Below, in pieces: positions 61,201 through 64,000 of a stretch of DNA of 64,000 bases. Below the pieces are notes generated by a model, which worked only from the letters and a program-made list of their open reading frames with translations, did not search any database and was not told where the DNA came from. The stretch is taken from the NCBI GenBank assembly GCA_964036045.1, contig OZ038378.1, positions 145,266,001 to 145,330,000 of the forward strand. The letters run 5' to 3'. The stretch is from Eutreptiella sp. 'Long Island Sound 2002'. Its lineage: Eukaryota > Protista > Euglenida. A program made the translations under genes and the position numbers. Position 1 is the stretch's first letter, and each line of letters begins with the position of its first letter.

Positions 61201-64000
61201 CTTTCCAGCGCCTGTTCCAAACACGGTAGACTCCCTGAATGTTTTTTCGTGAGTTTGTTCAACTTCCCGTAATGGACAACCAGTCTTTTTGCGTTGCTCC
61301 CTGATTTGTCTACCAAGAAGCATGGAGAGCAGTGTTTTGGATACTCTGCTTGCTCATATTTTTCCGGGAGGTCGGCTGCAATGCATTCAGTGATTTGACG
61401 CATTATCTCCTCACTGTCTGCCTTGCTAGCTGGAAATGGCTTTGAACGCACGGTGGTATTCTTGTGCCCATCCAGCAATTCCAAATCCATGGTAACCAAC
61501 TTCTCACATGAACCATGTGCCATCAACGGTCCAAAAGCAACCTTCCTTCGACGTAAGACTTCTTGAATTTCGGAAGGCAAAATTTTGATCTTCTCCTCGA
61601 AATCGTCTGCGGCTGCCAAATTTGATTTCCGATACTCATCCCTGGATACTGAGTAACACTCACTGAGTAGGGCCGAGACATCCAGATAAACGTCATTGCC
61701 ATCCACGATAAAGCGGTCGTCATCCAGATATTGGTAGAACAAATCTGTTTCATCTCCGTCAACACTCCTGCCCGTGAACTTGTTGTAATGGCTCTTCGAT
61801 CTGTCCTTGAGCTCTAGCATTTGTTGTTCCTCAGATATCTGGAAGATTGGGAGTTCAAAGAGCGTAAGTGGTCCTTCGAGACCGGCCATCCGCGTGGGTT
61901 GGCAATTCTTGCCTTGTCCTCCTCGACTTGCATGGTCACGCCATACTCATGCATAGCATGTAGGGCCAGACACGACATGGTCAAATTTTGTACACCTCCT
62001 AGAACTGAATCTTTGAGATCGACTTCGTTCAGTAAATCCTTGATTCGGTCCGAATAATCTTCGTGAATGCTTGGGAATGGGTCGTACTTCAGAGGCTGAG
62101 CGATATTGAGATCCGCCAGATAGCCGTCTTCACTGACTTCATCCCATTGCACTTCTGCAGGTTCTTCACTGACCTCTTCCCACTGAATGTCCACCTTGTC
62201 AACTTCAGCATCTCAAACGCCAGCATCCTGTTCTGCATCTGATTCCGTTGGAGGGTGAATTTCGGGGACTGCAGCCTCGTCCTTCGGTGTTGTTGCAGGT
62301 GTATCGTGCCCGTATCGCTTCAGTAAATCAGACCGGGTTAAACCATGGTTCACTCGATGGAGAAACTTGACCACTTGGGGATTCAGTTCATCCAACGAAA
62401 TATCACAATCATTGCCATCGATGAGGGATGCAATGCTTCCCCAGCGTGGCACTGGTAATGGGCTGGTCGCCCCATTTGGGAGATAGAGGGGTACATCTGG
62501 GATAGGTACACGAACCTTCGTCATGCGGTCCAAAAACGGTCGCCATGCGGCAGCTTCCCCGGTTTGGCCCCATTCAAGACAAATAACCACGACTTGCGCT
62601 CGGTCGAGCACGGCCTTGGTGACCATCTTCTCGAGGTGTGACCATGGTGGGTTGGCCCAGCATCACTGAAACCCTTGCCAATGTAGGCATAACATGAATT
62701 GAGGGGGGTGCAATACAACCGTTCGGTATGATTTTTGGGGTTGGCGTACAAGTCCACGGTGGGTCTCAAGTCTCAAGTCGATGAGGACTTGCTCCCTCAG
62801 TGAAAGTAACAAACTGTAGGCTTCTCTCCGGGAAATTCTCAAAGATGATTGAGCAGGTGGCAATCTGTTTCCTCCTTCCTTCCGACAGGACTTCTCAGAT
62901 AACGATACCAAGCATAATTCATCAGTCTCTGGATTCTTGACAATGAGCCTCGATGGAGTAAAAATCAAAGCAGAATTGTCTTGGCGTTTTGACGGATGAA
63001 ATTCATGCCCAGGCATACCTGAAAAGCTGAAGTCTCCATAACGATACAAACATGCGGAAGATTGAAATTGCCCATGCACACATCCACGGATTTCTCTCCT
63101 TCACTGTACGTGTAGTGCCCATCTCTCACCTTGACTGCACAGTAACCCCTGCGATTCCGATCTGACACCAATGATGAAGCCACAATGGAATCGGTTGCAC
63201 CAGTATCCAAAACAGCGTCACATATCCCCTCCTCCACAACCACAGGTAGTCACAACGTGAGGCCGTCCTTGACAGCGGCTTGAAGCAGGTCCACGATTGT
63301 CTCAACCTCTGAAAATGCCAGATCTCTCTTCCTGTTCTTGGCTTGACTCTCAGAGTTCTCCTGCATCGGTTTGGTCTCTGCTGAGGGGGCGCCAGCACCA
63401 GCACTTGCTGCTGAGGGGCCAGATGCATCTTTCTTTCTTGGGCCAGCTTTTGGTCCTTTTTGCGTCTTCCACCGTTTTTTGGGCTGCCTCCTCACTGAGA
63501 CCGGATTGGATCAGGAAGGTCTTGAGTCGATCCTCTTTCTGTTTTCTTTGGATCTGAAAGCAATGATCACTATAATGGTTCGTTTTGCCACAGTGTTTAC
63601 ACTGTATGCGGGCCTTGAATTCGGCGATCAACGCGTTGGGGTCCAACTGTCCTTTGCCTCCTCTGCCTCCTGGGCCTTTTCCTCTTCCCCGACCTTTTCC
63701 TTTATCAGAGCCTTTTCCTCCTTTGTCACCCTTGCCTTCTCTCTCAGAGACTCTTAGCTCTGCAATCATTGAGTGCCATTGGGAGAGGAGTTCGGAGATG
63801 TCCGCCTTGGGAGCTGAACTTCCAGACGATGGTCCTCCAGAGAAAGAGGTGCCCTTTTCCTTATCTTTCTGCCTTTCCTGGTATCGACTCGAAGCAGTGC
63901 GCCCGGATGCAGAACCACGAGAAGCGGCAAGATGTTTAAAGCCGACAGAAAGTTGTGCGCGCTCCTTCATGACATCCTTCAATGAACCATAAGAGTGCAT
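58234..64000 (-). mobile_element. Decayed Ty3/Gypsy (chromovirus-like) LTR retrotransposon: gag-PR-MTase-RT-RH-INT-chromodomain; 5' end outside window
   Basis: Zinc knuckle CKHCGKTNHYSDHC (63560-63601); AVLDTGA (~63199-63216); KLDKRSGFWQV, MPFGLTNAPATFQ, YIDD; RH TDAS...YERELL; INT D..D..E (YVDF, HSDK, NGLCERMN); chromodomain YHVEQIL...FLTKWEGYGTSESTWEP; several frameshifts and stops. Confidence 0.95.
62415..62790 (-). pseudogene. Dam-like DNA amino-methyltransferase (N6-adenine type) domain within Gypsy pol, disrupted
   Basis: Reconstructed LRPTVDLYANPKNH...YCTPLNSCYAY, frameshift, (N)WQGFQ*CWANPPWSHLEKMVTKAVLDRAQVVVICLEWG...W...PRWGSIASLIDG; WANPPW at 62642-62659. Confidence 0.8.

Overview
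Eukaryotic, repeat-dense nuclear DNA, most likely from a euglenid: a near-perfect Euglena-type spliced-leader (SL) sequence is present at 4127-4176. Host genes are (i) an intact, intronless taxilin gene directly behind genomic tandem SL copies, i.e. a retroposed mature mRNA; (ii) a GT-AG spliced gene (4 visible exons, all phase-0 introns) for a Sushi/CCP-like + WSC + PAN/apple-like protein, present twice because of a recent ~16.3 kb tandem duplication (12157-28475 / 28473-44924); and (iii) an intronless membrane-anchored protein with a YxHxxG...YSGNFWW domain. The rest is mostly mobile DNA: the 3' end of a DIRS/Ngaro/VIPER-type retroelement, L1-like remnants, hAT-type MITEs with 8-bp TSDs, a Helitron2/Helentron-like non-autonomous family, a TSD- and poly(A)-flanked retro-insertion with an unknown ORF, tRNA-derived heads, minisatellites and an AT-rich island. 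The most unusual element is a decayed chromodomain-bearing Ty3/Gypsy retrotransposon (58234-64000, minus) whose pol carries a Dam-like amino-methyltransferase domain (DLYA...WANPPW) between protease and RT. All assignments come from reading motifs by eye; no database searches were run.
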